DNA from: Halobacteriales archaeon
GTDB taxonomy: Archaea; Halobacteriota; Halobacteria; Halobacteriales; SKSH01
Direction: 5' to 3'
Length of the DNA: 64,000 nt
Assembly (NCBI GenBank): GCA_046543335.1
Contig: JBKGZP010000004.1
Span: forward strand, 5,620 to 69,619
Shown in pieces: positions 37,005-46,812 of this stretch. The translations under genes and the position numbers were made by a program. How positions within the stretch are numbered: the stretch's first letter is position 1; every line of letters starts with the position of its first letter. The notes under the pieces are model-generated. The model did not search any database. It worked only from the letters and a program-made list of their open reading frames with translations, and was not told the DNA's origin.

Positions 37005-38546
37005 ATGGGATTCGAGCCCGTTCACGTCCACCACGATCGCCCCTACGAGTGGGTCGGCGCCTGGAGCGAGCGCCGGGCCGCCATCGCCCCGGACGCCCCC
37101 GCGCTGACGGACCTGTCGCGCGGCGAGACCTGGAGCTACGCCGAGCTCGACGACCGGGCGAACCGGACCGCCCGTATGCTCGCCAGTAACGGCGTCGGCG
37201 CCGGCGACCGCATCGCCGTCCTCTCGCGCAATCGGGTCGAGGTCCTCGACCTCTTCCTGGCGACGGCCAAGCTCGGGGCGGTCCTCGCCCCGCTGAGCCA
37301 CCGGCTGGCTCCACCCACGATCGAGCAACTGGTCGGGCTGGTCGACCCCGACGTCCTGGTCGCCGAGGGCCGCTTCGTCGAGCTCGCCTCCCGACCCGAC
37401 GGCCTCGAGGTGCTTTGCCTCGAGGACGGGACCGAGGCGCCGGGGGCATCGTACGCGGAGACGCTGCCGGCCGACGACGCGCCCGTCGACGCCACCGCGA
37501 CCGCCCTCGCCGACGTCCACCTCCTGTTGCACACGGGCGGCTCGACGGGGACGCCGAAGGAGACCGCCATCACGCACGGGTCGATCCTCTGGAACTCGAT
37601 CAACACCATCGCCGGGTGGGGGCTTCGCGACGACGACGTCACGCCGATGGTCTTCCCGTTCTTCCACACCGGTGGCTGGAACGTCCTGACGGTGCCGTTT
37701 TTCCACATGGGCGGGCACCTCCTCATCGATCGCTCGGTCGACCCGGGGGCGGTGCTCGAGGCGATCGACGCCAACGGTGCGACCGTGCTCGTCGCCGTGC
37801 CGACCGTGCTCCGGGCGATGGCCGAGCACGACCGCTGGACAGAGACGGACCTCTCGAGCCTCCGGTTCGTCAAGAGTGGCGGGGGGCCGTGTCGCGAGGC
37901 GGTCATCCGCGCCTGGCGCGCGCGCGGCGTCGACCTCTCGCAGGGCTACGGGCTCACCGAGTGCGGGCCGAACAACTTCGCGATGCCGACCGAGCTGGCG
38001 GCGGACCACCCCGACAGCATCGGCCGACCGGCACCGCACGTCTCCGCCCGGGTGGTGGACGCCTCGGACGAGGTGGTCCCCGACGGCGAGATCGGCGAGC
38101 TCGAGCTGGCCGGGCCCCACGCCGCGGATCGCTACTGGAAGAACTCCGACGAGACGGCGGCGACCTTCGGCGACGGGTGGGTCTCCACCGGCGACCTCGC
38201 CCGCATGGACGACCGTGGCCTGTTCTACATCGAGGGGCGCAAGAAGCACATGTTCGTCAGCGGCGGCGAGAACGTCTACCCGGCCGAGGTCGAGGCGGCC
38301 ATCGCCGAGCACCCCGACGTCGACGAGGTGGTCGTCCTCGGGGTGCCGGACGAGCGGTGGGGCGAGGTCGGCCTCGCCGTCGTCGAGTCCGCCGAGCGAT
38401 TCGATCTCGAGGTGCTGCGGTCGTTCCTCGACGACCGTCTGGCGCGGTACATGCACCCCAGACACCTCGCGTTCGTCGACGAGATGCCCACCAGCGGCCC
38501 GAGCAAGATCGACCGCGAGGCGCTTCGCGAGCGATTCGCCCCGTAG
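37005..38546 (+). CDS. Acyl-CoA synthetase (AMP-binding enzyme)
   Basis: HTGGSTGTPK, QGYGLTECGP, TGDL, GRKK..SGGENVYPAEVE, SKIDR. Confidence 0.93.
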   Translation: MGFEPVHVHHDRPYEWVGAWSERRAAIAPDAPALTDLSRGETWSYAELDDRANRTARMLASNGVGAGDRIAVLSRNRVEVLDLFLATAKLGAVLAPLSHRLAPPTIEQLVGLVDPDVLVAEGRFVELASRPDGLEVLCLEDGTEAPGASYAETLPADDAPVDATATALADVHLLLHTGGSTGTPKETAITHGSILWNSINTIAGWGLRDDDVTPMVFPFFHTGGWNVLTVPFFHMGGHLLIDRSVDPGAVLEAIDANGATVLVAVPTVLRAMAEHDRWTETDLSSLRFVKSGGGPCREAVIRAWRARGVDLSQGYGLTECGPNNFAMPTELAADHPDSIGRPAPHVSARVVDASDEVVPDGEIGELELAGPHAADRYWKNSDETAATFGDGWVSTGDLARMDDRGLFYIEGRKKHMFVSGGENVYPAEVEAAIAEHPDVDEVVVLGVPDERWGEVGLAVVESAERFDLEVLRSFLDDRLARYMHPRHLAFVDEMPTSGPSKIDREALRERFAP

Positions 38547-39863
38547 CTACCAGGCAAGGCCCTCGTACGTGACGAACGACGGCGGGTCGACGATGCGACG
38601 GCCGTCCACGACCACCGGCTCGGCCATCGACGCGAACGCGTCGTCGAGGTCGGCGAACTCGGGCCAGTCAGTCGCCACGCAGGCTCCGACGGCCCCCTCG
38701 AGGGCGGCCGCGGCAGAGGTGGCGTACTCGAGGTCTGGAAAGCGCTCGCGCATCGCGCGTCGCGCCCCCTCGGTCGGGTCGTACGCCACCACGTCGGCAC
38801 CGCGCGCCAGCAGCCCCTCGATGACGGGGATGGCGCGCGACTCGCGGACGTCGTCCGTGCCGGGTTTGAACGCGAGCCCGAGGACCGCCACCCGTCGGTC
38901 GGCGACGTCGACGTGCCGGTCGAGCAGATCGAGGAGGTACGCCGGCTGCCCGTCGTTGACGGCGATGGCGGCCTCGACGACCGCCAGGGGCCGATCGCGG
39001 GTTCGACCGGCGTGCGCCAGGGCGGCGGTGTCCTTCGGCAGGCAGCTGCCACCCCACCCCAGCCCCGCGCGGAGGTAGTCGGGGGCGATCCGGTGGTCGA
39101 GGCCGAGCGCCTCGGCCACCTCGTAGGTGTCCACCGCGTACGTCTTGCAGAGGTTGCCGAGGTCGTTGATGAAGCTCAGCTTCGTCGCGAGGAAGGCGTT
39201 GCTCGCGTACTTGATCGTCGCCGCCTCGCGCCGACCCGTCTCGATGACGGGCGCGCCCGACTGGTCGACGAGGGGGGCGTACACCGCCCGGAGGCGCTCG
39301 ATCGCCTCGGGGTCGTCGTCCGCCCCGAGGACGACCCGATCCGGCTGGAGCAGGTCCGCCACGGCGGTCCCCTCCCGCTGGAACTCCGGGTTCACGGCGA
39401 GGCCGAGGTCCTCGCCGACGACGCCGTCGGCGGCGGCCTCGAGCGTCGGGACGACCGCATCCTCGATGACGTCCGGCAGCACCGTCGACTTGACGACGAC
39501 GACGGGGTAGCCCTCGACGTCGGCGAGCGCCGCCCCAACGTCCTCGGTCGCGGCGAGGAGCGCGGTCGGATCGATCGCCCCCTCCTCGTCGGCGGGGGTC
39601 TCGACCGCGATGAACGTCGCGTCGGCCGCGGCCGCGGCGGCGTGGTCGGTGGTTGCCTCGAGTCGACTGCCGGCGTGGCGGCGGATGAGCTCCTCGAGGC
39701 CGGGCTCGTGGATCGGCGCGCGGCCCCCGTTGATGGCCTCGACGATGCTCGGGTCGATGTCGACGGCCGCGACCCGGTGGCCGAGATCTGCCAGACACGC
39801 GGCGAGGGTCGTTCCCACGTAGCCGCTGCCGACGACGGCGACGTCGAGCGACGGGTGGTCCAT
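38547..39863 (-). CDS. aglM: UDP-glucose 6-dehydrogenase
   Basis: VGSGYVG, KSTV, NPEF, GWGGSCLPKD, GLAFKPGTDDVRES. Confidence 0.9.
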   Translation of the reverse strand: MDHPSLDVAVVGSGYVGTTLAACLADLGHRVAAVDIDPSIVEAINGGRAPIHEPGLEELIRRHAGSRLEATTDHAAAAAADATFIAVETPADEEGAIDPTALLAATEDVGAALADVEGYPVVVVKSTVLPDVIEDAVVPTLEAAADGVVGEDLGLAVNPEFQREGTAVADLLQPDRVVLGADDDPEAIERLRAVYAPLVDQSGAPVIETGRREAATIKYASNAFLATKLSFINDLGNLCKTYAVDTYEVAEALGLDHRIAPDYLRAGLGWGGSCLPKDTAALAHAGRTRDRPLAVVEAAIAVNDGQPAYLLDLLDRHVDVADRRVAVLGLAFKPGTDDVRESRAIPVIEGLLARGADVVAYDPTEGARRAMRERFPDLEYATSAAAALEGAVGACVATDWPEFADLDDAFASMAEPVVVDGRRIVDPPSFVTYEGLAW

Positions 39864-39976
39864 GGTGGGGACGGGACCAGGGTCGCCCTTAAGTTGTCGT
39901 TCCGACGTCTCTCGCCCGCCAGCCCCCCGGACGGGCAGCCGAAAGCCTTTGGTGCGTTATGGCCCTCGATGCACGT

Positions 39977-40705
39977 ATGAAAGCCGTCGTGCTGGCTGCG
40001 GGCGAGGGAACCCGGCTGCGACCCCTGACCGAGGACACCCCGAAGGGGCTGGTCGAGGTCGCCGGCAAGCCCATCCTGACGCACTGCTTCGAGGCGCTCG
40101 TCGACCTCGGCGCCGAGGCGTTGTACGTCGTCGTCGGCTACGAGAAGGAGCAGATCATCGAGCACTACGGCGACAGCTTCGGGGACGTGCCGATCACGTA
40201 CACGCACCAGCGAGAACAGCGGGGCCTCGCGCACGCGCTGTTGACCGTCGAGGAGCACGTCGACGATGACTTCATGCTGATGCTCGGCGACAACATCTTC
40301 CGAGCGAACCTGGCCGACGTCCTCAACAGACAGCGCGAGGACCGCGCCGACGCGGCCTTCCTCGTCGAGGAGGTGCCCCACGAGGAGGCCTCCCGGTACG
40401 GCGTCTGCGACACCAACGACTACGGCGAGATCGTCGAGGTCGTCGAGAAGCCCGAGGACCCGCCGACGAACCTCGTGATGACCGGGTTTTACACCTTCAC
40501 GCCGGCGATCTTCCACGCCTGCCACCTCGTGCAGCCGTCGAACCGCGGCGAGTACGAGATCTCCGAGGCGATCGACCTCCTCATCCACTCGGGGCGGACG
40601 ATCGATGCCATCCGCATGGAGGGCTGGCGCATCGACGTGGGCTACCCCGAGGACCGCGAGGAGGCCGAGCGCCGGCTGCAGGCCGAGGTCGAGGCGAGCG
40701 ACTAG
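39977..40705 (+). CDS. aglF: UTP-glucose-1-phosphate uridylyltransferase
   Basis: MKAVVLAAGEGTRLRPLT..PKGLVEV; GLAHALLT; HACHLVQPSNRGEYE. Confidence 0.88.
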   Translation: MKAVVLAAGEGTRLRPLTEDTPKGLVEVAGKPILTHCFEALVDLGAEALYVVVGYEKEQIIEHYGDSFGDVPITYTHQREQRGLAHALLTVEEHVDDDFMLMLGDNIFRANLADVLNRQREDRADAAFLVEEVPHEEASRYGVCDTNDYGEIVEVVEKPEDPPTNLVMTGFYTFTPAIFHACHLVQPSNRGEYEISEAIDLLIHSGRTIDAIRMEGWRIDVGYPEDREEAERRLQAEVEASD

Positions 40706-40745
40706 CGCCACCGGGAGCTAAGGCGACCGCCACCGACGTCCCGGC

Positions 40746-41594
40746 ATGGCCCCCGCCGTCGAGCCACCCCGCGTCACCGCCGAGGCAATCCACCGCATCG
40801 ACGACGACCGCTTCACCCCGGAGACCGTGGCGATCGTGACCGGCGCCGCCTCGGGTATCGGCGAGGCGACGGCGATCGCCGTCGCCGGCAACGGCATGAC
40901 CGCCCTCGCGACCGACGTCGACGCCGATGGCCTCGCGAGTACGGTCGCCCAGGCCGAGGCGCTCGGGCTCACGGGGCGCGTCGAGACGCTGGTGGCGGAC
41001 CTGACCGTCGACGAGGACCTCGAGGCGATCGTCGCGACGGCAGACGACGTCGGGACGGTGCGCTTCCTGGCCAACATCGCGGGCCTGCAACAGGTGGCCT
41101 CGCTCGAGTCGTTCCCGATGGACGTCTACGACGAGCTCCAGGCCGTCATGGTCCGGGCACCCGTGTACCTCGCACGCGAGGCGCTCCCGCGCATGCGCGA
41201 GGCCGGCGGCGGCTGCGTGGGGAACATGGCCTCCGTCCACGGCCACTACGTCACCCGCGACAAGGTCGCCTACAACGTCGCCAAGTTCGCCATCCGCGGG
41301 CTCACCCAGTCGATCGCCGCCGAGGGCGACGGCGACGTCCGGTCGTTCTCGGTGAGCACGGGGTACGTCGCGACCCCGCTCGTGACCGGTCAGCTCGAGG
41401 ACACGGCCGAGCAGCGCGGGCTCACCGTCGACGAGGTCATCGAGGAGGTCATGCTCGGCCAGTCGCGCGTCAAGGAGATGATGGCCCCGATGGACGTGGC
41501 AAACCTGTTCGTGTTCGGCTTTTCGGACCTTTCGTCCCACCTCAACGGCGGCGACTTGCTGTTCGACGGGGGCATGACGCTGACGTACGAGTGA
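40746..41594 (+). CDS. SDR oxidoreductase, D-3-hydroxybutyrate dehydrogenase-like
   Basis: TGAASGIG, NIAGLQ, MASVHG, KVAYNVAK, GYVATPLV. Confidence 0.85.
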   Translation: MAPAVEPPRVTAEAIHRIDDDRFTPETVAIVTGAASGIGEATAIAVAGNGMTALATDVDADGLASTVAQAEALGLTGRVETLVADLTVDEDLEAIVATADDVGTVRFLANIAGLQQVASLESFPMDVYDELQAVMVRAPVYLAREALPRMREAGGGCVGNMASVHGHYVTRDKVAYNVAKFAIRGLTQSIAAEGDGDVRSFSVSTGYVATPLVTGQLEDTAEQRGLTVDEVIEEVMLGQSRVKEMMAPMDVANLFVFGFSDLSSHLNGGDLLFDGGMTLTYE

Positions 41595-41648
41595 CGTCGG
41601 TGGGGTGAGTCGGTGTACTTTTGGTAGGGCCGAGAGTGGATGGCCCAC

Positions 41649-42998
41649 ATGGCGCTCGACACCAGCCGCCGACGCTTCCTCAAAGGGATCACCGCGACCG
41701 GTGCAACGGCCGGTATCGCCGGTTTGGCCGGCTGTCTCGGCGACGACGGGGTTTCGGGGGAGACGATCACGGTGGGGATCCTGCAGCCCACCTCGGGGGA
41801 CCTCGCGTACTACGGCGAGCACAGCCTGATGGGCTTTTTCTCCGGGCTGGCGTACAAGTACGACCTCGATCCACCGACGTCGCTCACGCCGGGAACCCAG
41901 ACGTTGGAGCCGGACGACGGCCCCGAGTTCGAGCTCATCGTCGAGGACACCGAGGCGTCCGCGGACAACGCGCAGTCGATCGCCGAGAACATGGTCCTCG
42001 ACGACGAGGTCGACGTCCTCGTCGGGGCGACGTCCTCCTCCTCGGCGCGTCAGGTGGTACAACAGGTCGTCGATGCCGAAAACGTCCCGTTCCTCATCGG
42101 ACCGGCCGCCGACGAGAACATCACCGTCAGCGACGAGTTCTGTCATCCGTACGCCTTCCGCGCGAGCGAGCACACCGGGATGGACGCCCGCGCCGGTGGC
42201 GTCTACGCCGCCCAGGAGACGGACGTCGAGCAGGTGGCCATCTTCTACGCCGACTACGCCTTCGGGCAGAGCGTCCGCGACAACTATCAAGCGGTCCTCG
42301 AGGCCGAGGGGATCACGGTCTCGCCGGTACGGGGCGTCCCCCAGGGCCACTCCGAGTTCGACGGCCTGTTCGACGAGGCGATCGACGACGGCGCCCAGGC
42401 GGTCGTCGGCGGGTTCACCGTCGCCACGTTGCCGGCGTTCATCAGCACGGCGTTCGCCTACGACGTCCAGATATTCGGCGCGTTCGCGACCCTGTTCACC
42501 GCCCAGGTGATGGGCGACCTCCTCGAGGGCGCCCTCGGCGAGGGGTGGACCCAGGCCGACGCCCAGGAGGCCGGGGTCGGTCCGCTCACGTCGCGGTACC
42601 ACTGGAACCAGTACACGAACGACATCAACGACGCGTTCATCGACATGCACATCGACGCCTACGAGCAGGTCCCCGACCTGTTCAGTTCCGGCACCTTCAC
42701 CGCGGGATCCGCCCTGGTCCAGGCGATCGAGCAGGCCGACTCCGTCGATTCGGACGATATCGTCGACGAGCTCACCGGCATGACCGTCACGGACACGCCC
42801 AAGGGCGAGGACGGGTACGTCTTCCAGGAGCACAACAATCAGGCCGCATCAGAGATGACGGTCCTCTGGCCCACGCCGACGAGCGACGAGTGGGCCGACG
42901 CCTGGCCGGCGAGCGTGATGCCCTCCGAACCGGCGAGCACGATCCCGGCCGAGGACGTCATGACCCCAGCATCCGAGGCCTCGTGCGACCTCTCGTAG
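41649..42998 (+). CDS. Liv/HAAT-family ABC substrate-binding Tat lipoprotein
   Basis: SRRRFL..LAGC; ADYAFG; first gene of the liv-type operon. Confidence 0.9.
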   Translation: MALDTSRRRFLKGITATGATAGIAGLAGCLGDDGVSGETITVGILQPTSGDLAYYGEHSLMGFFSGLAYKYDLDPPTSLTPGTQTLEPDDGPEFELIVEDTEASADNAQSIAENMVLDDEVDVLVGATSSSSARQVVQQVVDAENVPFLIGPAADENITVSDEFCHPYAFRASEHTGMDARAGGVYAAQETDVEQVAIFYADYAFGQSVRDNYQAVLEAEGITVSPVRGVPQGHSEFDGLFDEAIDDGAQAVVGGFTVATLPAFISTAFAYDVQIFGAFATLFTAQVMGDLLEGALGEGWTQADAQEAGVGPLTSRYHWNQYTNDINDAFIDMHIDAYEQVPDLFSSGTFTAGSALVQAIEQADSVDSDDIVDELTGMTVTDTPKGEDGYVFQEHNNQAASEMTVLWPTPTSDEWADAWPASVMPSEPASTIPAEDVMTPASEASCDLS

Positions 42999-42999
42999 G

Positions 43000-43782
43000 A
43001 TGCAACTGGAGACGGCGGGGCTGACCAAGTCCTTCGGTGGTGTGACGGCGGTCGACGGCGTCGACTTCGAGCTGCCCGAGGGGCAGCTGTGCTCGCTGAT
43101 CGGGCCCAACGGCGCCGGCAAGACCACCTTCTTCAACCTGCTCACGGGGGTGATGGCGCCCACCGCGGGGCGGATTCGGTTCGCGGTCGATGGCGACCTG
43201 CGCGACGTGACGACCGCCAGCCCCGACGAGATGGCCAGGATGGGGTTGCACCGATCCTACCAGGTCACCAATATCTTCCCCAACATCTCCGTCTTGGAGA
43301 ACGTCCGCATCGCCGTGCAGGCCCACCGCGGTCGGGACGGCTGGCACTTCTGGCGCAACGTCGGCCGGTTCAAGGACCACTTCGCCGAGGCGGCGGCCAT
43401 CCTCGACCGCGTCGGGCTCTCGGCCGTGGCCGACCGACCGGCGGCGACCCTCAGCCACGGCGAGAAGCGGAACCTCGAGGTGGCCATCGCGCTGGCCGGC
43501 GACCCAGCGGTCCTCCTCCTCGACGAGCCGACCTCCGGGGTCTCGAGCGAGGACGTCGACGACGTCGTCGAGCTCATCGAGGACGTGGCCGGGGATTACA
43601 CGCTCCTCCTGATCGAGCACAACATGGACGTCGTGATGGACATCAGCGACCGGGTCGTGGTGCTCCATCGGGGGACGCTGATCGCGGACGGACCGCCGTC
43701 GGACATCCAGGACAGCGCGGCTGTCCGCCGAGCGTACCTCGGCGAGGCCGACGAGACGGAGGCACCGGAGGCCACCGGTTGA
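43000..43782 (+). CDS. livG: Liv-type ABC ATP-binding protein
   Basis: GPNGAGKTT, LSHGEKR, LLLDEP, RAYLG. Confidence 0.88.
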   Translation: MQLETAGLTKSFGGVTAVDGVDFELPEGQLCSLIGPNGAGKTTFFNLLTGVMAPTAGRIRFAVDGDLRDVTTASPDEMARMGLHRSYQVTNIFPNISVLENVRIAVQAHRGRDGWHFWRNVGRFKDHFAEAAAILDRVGLSAVADRPAATLSHGEKRNLEVAIALAGDPAVLLLDEPTSGVSSEDVDDVVELIEDVAGDYTLLLIEHNMDVVMDISDRVVVLHRGTLIADGPPSDIQDSAAVRRAYLGEADETEAPEATG

Positions 43783-43784
43783 TT

Positions 43785-44480
43785 ATGTTGTTGCAAGTCG
43801 AGGACATCCACACCTATTACGGCCAGAGCCACGTCCTGCAGGGCGTCTCGCTCGAGGTGGCCGACGGCGAGATCGTCGCGCTCCTTGGGCGAAACGGCGT
43901 CGGGAAGACCACGACGCTGCGGTCCATCCTCCAGCTCACGCCACCGCGATCCGGTACGGTACGGTTCAAGGGCGAGGACGTGACCGGCCGACCCACCCAC
44001 CAGGTGGCCGGGATGGGGATCGGTTGGGTGCCGGAGGACCGTCGGATGTTCGATCACCTGACCGTCGCCGAGAACCTCCGGGTTGCGGTCCCGGAGCGGG
44101 CAGACCCGACATCGGCGATGGCGACGGCCTACGAGCTCTTCCCCGACCTCGATCGGTTCCGGTCGAAGGAAGCCGGCAACCTCAGCGGGGGGCAACAACA
44201 GATGCTCGCACTCGCCCGGGGCATCATCGGCGACAACGAGCTGCTGCTCGTGGACGAGCCGAGCGAGGGGTTGGCTCCGCTGATCGTGAGGGACGTGGTC
44301 GACGCCCTCGAGCGCATCTCGGACGAGACCACGATGATTCTGGTCGAGCAGAACTTCTCGCTCGCGATGTCGCTGGCGGACCGGTTCTACCTCCTGGATC
44401 AGGGCCGCGTCGTCGAATCCGATGACACCGCCGGCGTCACCGCCGAGGACGAACGCATCCGGAGGTACCTCGCCGCATGA
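43785..44480 (+). CDS. livF: Liv-type ABC ATP-binding protein
   Basis: GRNGVGKTT, LSGGQQQML, DEPSEGLAP, VEQN. Confidence 0.88.
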   Translation: MLLQVEDIHTYYGQSHVLQGVSLEVADGEIVALLGRNGVGKTTTLRSILQLTPPRSGTVRFKGEDVTGRPTHQVAGMGIGWVPEDRRMFDHLTVAENLRVAVPERADPTSAMATAYELFPDLDRFRSKEAGNLSGGQQQMLALARGIIGDNELLLVDEPSEGLAPLIVRDVVDALERISDETTMILVEQNFSLAMSLADRFYLLDQGRVVESDDTAGVTAEDERIRRYLAA

Positions 44481-45499
44481 TCGACGCGTCCGCCGACGGG
44501 ATCGTCCTCCTCGTCGACGTCCTCGACCGACTCAGCGATCCCGGCACGCTCGCCCGGATCGCGATCGAGGGGCTCGGCAAGGCCTCGGTCTACCTGATCA
44601 TCTCCGTGGGGCTGACGCTCATTTTCGGCCTCATGGGCGTGCTCAACTTCGCCCACGGCGCGATGGCGATGCTCGGGGCGTACCTCGGCGGCATCTTCAT
44701 GCTGTGGACCGTCTCCGGATCGATGGGTGCGGTAACGGTCGTCGCGCTGTTCTTCGTCGCGATGGCGGTCGTCGGTGCCGCCATCGCCGGGTTCGGCACC
44801 GCCATCGAGGTCAAGCTCGTCCGTCGAATCTACGATCGGACACCGATGTACCAGATCCTCCTGACCTTCGGAGTCGCGTTGATCCTCGAGGAGATGACCC
44901 GAATCCTCGCCACCTACTACGGCGTCCTGCCCGAGTCGCAGTGGTCCGAGGCGATGGGGACGATTCCCGCCGTCCTCGACGATCGACACGGGGTCTTCGG
45001 CGCGCAGATCCGGGGGCTCTACGCGTTCGAGATCATCCTCGGTATCGTCGCGGCCATCGGCGTCTACCTCTTCCTGACGCGGACGCTGTACGGCCTGTAC
45101 ATCCGGGCGGGCAGCGAGGACGCCGAGATGGCCCAGGCGCTCGGAATCGACGTCCGACGCGCCTTCACGGTCGTCTTCGGGCTGGGCACCGGCCTGGCGG
45201 CCGTCGGCGGCGTGTTGCTCATGTGGGACCCGCTGTGGGGGCCGACCGTCCACCTCAACATCGACGTGTTGCTGTATGCGTTCGTCGTCGTGATCATCGG
45301 GGGTCTCGGCAGCTACAAGGGCACCGTCGCCGCCGCACTCATCGTCGGGCTCGCCGACTCCCTGACGACCTGGGTCTTCGATGCCGGCATCGTCGACCAT
45401 CCGGGCCTGCCGGCCGTGACGATCTTCTTGCTGCTCGTGGTGATGCTCATGTTGCGTCCGCAGGGCCTGTTCGGCATCGAGGAGGTGGGGGGCCATTAG
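44477..45499 (+). CDS. livH: Liv-type ABC permease
   Basis: GLTLIFGLMGVLNFAHG, IIGGLGS, RPQGLFG. Confidence 0.88.
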   Translation: MIDASADGIVLLVDVLDRLSDPGTLARIAIEGLGKASVYLIISVGLTLIFGLMGVLNFAHGAMAMLGAYLGGIFMLWTVSGSMGAVTVVALFFVAMAVVGAAIAGFGTAIEVKLVRRIYDRTPMYQILLTFGVALILEEMTRILATYYGVLPESQWSEAMGTIPAVLDDRHGVFGAQIRGLYAFEIILGIVAAIGVYLFLTRTLYGLYIRAGSEDAEMAQALGIDVRRAFTVVFGLGTGLAAVGGVLLMWDPLWGPTVHLNIDVLLYAFVVVIIGGLGSYKGTVAAALIVGLADSLTTWVFDAGIVDHPGLPAVTIFLLLVVMLMLRPQGLFGIEEVGGH

Positions 45500-46769
45500 C
45501 GACGACGCGAGCGTCGCGGGTCGGTATCGGTCGATCGTTCGCGACCACCGGGTCCACCTGTGGGTGGTCGTCGCGCTGGCCGTGTACCCGCTGGTCTACG
45601 AGGTGCTCGATGCGTACGTCGTCGAGCAGGTCCCGGTCGTCGGCTCGTTCGTCGGCGCGTTCGTCCCCAGCTTGACGTTCATGGTCGTCGTCATCTACAT
45701 GGGCCTGTTCACGATGAGCTTCGACTTCATCAGCGGCTACACCGGCTACCTCTCATTCGGCCACGCCGCGTTCTTCGGGACGGGCGCCTACCTCGTCCTG
45801 CTCGTCACGAACGGGAAGATCCCGTTCCTCCCCGCCGACACGCCGTTCATGCTGACGTTGCTCCTCGGGGCCATCGCCGCGGGCGTGCTGGCGCTGGCGA
45901 TCGGGGCGGTCTCGTTCCGCCTCACGGGCGTGTACTTCGCGATGATCACGCTCGGCTTCGCGCAGGTGCTGTACGAGGCCATCCGCCACCTGGGCTGGGT
46001 CAGTTCGAACCCGACCGACGGCCTCAGCGCCGGGATCGACGAGGCGTTGCGCATCGGGGTCCCCTTCGTCGACCAGCTCAGCGTCGGCATCAGCCGGTTG
46101 CGGGGCACCAGCTTCGGCGACATCCCGGGCCTCGGCGTCGAGTTCGGCGGTACGCTGGTCTCCTACTACGCCCTTGGCGCCGTGGCCCTGGTGTGCTATT
46201 TCGCGATGCAGCGCATCATCCACTCGCCGTTCGGTCGCGTGATGATCGCGATTCGGGAGAACGAGGAGCGCGCCCGCGCGATCGGGTACAACGTCTTCTG
46301 GTACAAGATGGGGGCGTTCGCCATGAGCGCGTTCTTCGGGGGCGTCGCCGGCGGGCTCTTCGCGGGGTATCGTCGGACCGTCTCCCCGGAGAACACGTAC
46401 TTCTTCCTCGTCACGGCGGACGCGCTCATCACGGCCATCATCGGCGGCATCGGGACGCTCGCCGGCGCGCTGTACGGGAACCTGTTCCACCAGACCCTCG
46501 AAGACATCCTCTCCTCGCGCAACGACGGCATCTCGACGCTCCTGCGCGATGTCGTCCCCGAGGGGATCTACGAGGCCGACGTGGTGGGCCTGAGCCTCGA
46601 GGTGTTCGTCGACAGCGCGGTGGACGGGCGGGCGCCACTGTACCTCGGGATCGTGTTCGTCCTGTTCGTCCTGTACGTGCCGAACGGGATACTGGGCACG
46701 GTCCGGGATCGCCTCGGCGGGACGGCCGCCGAGATGCTACCGGCTGCCCTCGGGCGGTATCGTCGATGA
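45495..46769 (+). CDS. livM: Liv-type ABC permease (probable ATT start; first GTG at 45564)
   Basis: GYTGYLSFGHAAFFG, YFAMITL, SPFGR..IRENE; GGAGGTG SD upstream of an in-frame ATT. Confidence 0.85.
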   Translation: MSDDASVAGRYRSIVRDHRVHLWVVVALAVYPLVYEVLDAYVVEQVPVVGSFVGAFVPSLTFMVVVIYMGLFTMSFDFISGYTGYLSFGHAAFFGTGAYLVLLVTNGKIPFLPADTPFMLTLLLGAIAAGVLALAIGAVSFRLTGVYFAMITLGFAQVLYEAIRHLGWVSSNPTDGLSAGIDEALRIGVPFVDQLSVGISRLRGTSFGDIPGLGVEFGGTLVSYYALGAVALVCYFAMQRIIHSPFGRVMIAIRENEERARAIGYNVFWYKMGAFAMSAFFGGVAGGLFAGYRRTVSPENTYFFLVTADALITAIIGGIGTLAGALYGNLFHQTLEDILSSRNDGISTLLRDVVPEGIYEADVVGLSLEVFVDSAVDGRAPLYLGIVFVLFVLYVPNGILGTVRDRLGGTAAEMLPAALGRYRR

Positions 46770-46812
46770 CCGGGGCGATCGATCGCTGCGACGGTCGGGA
46801 GGCTGGTCGAGG

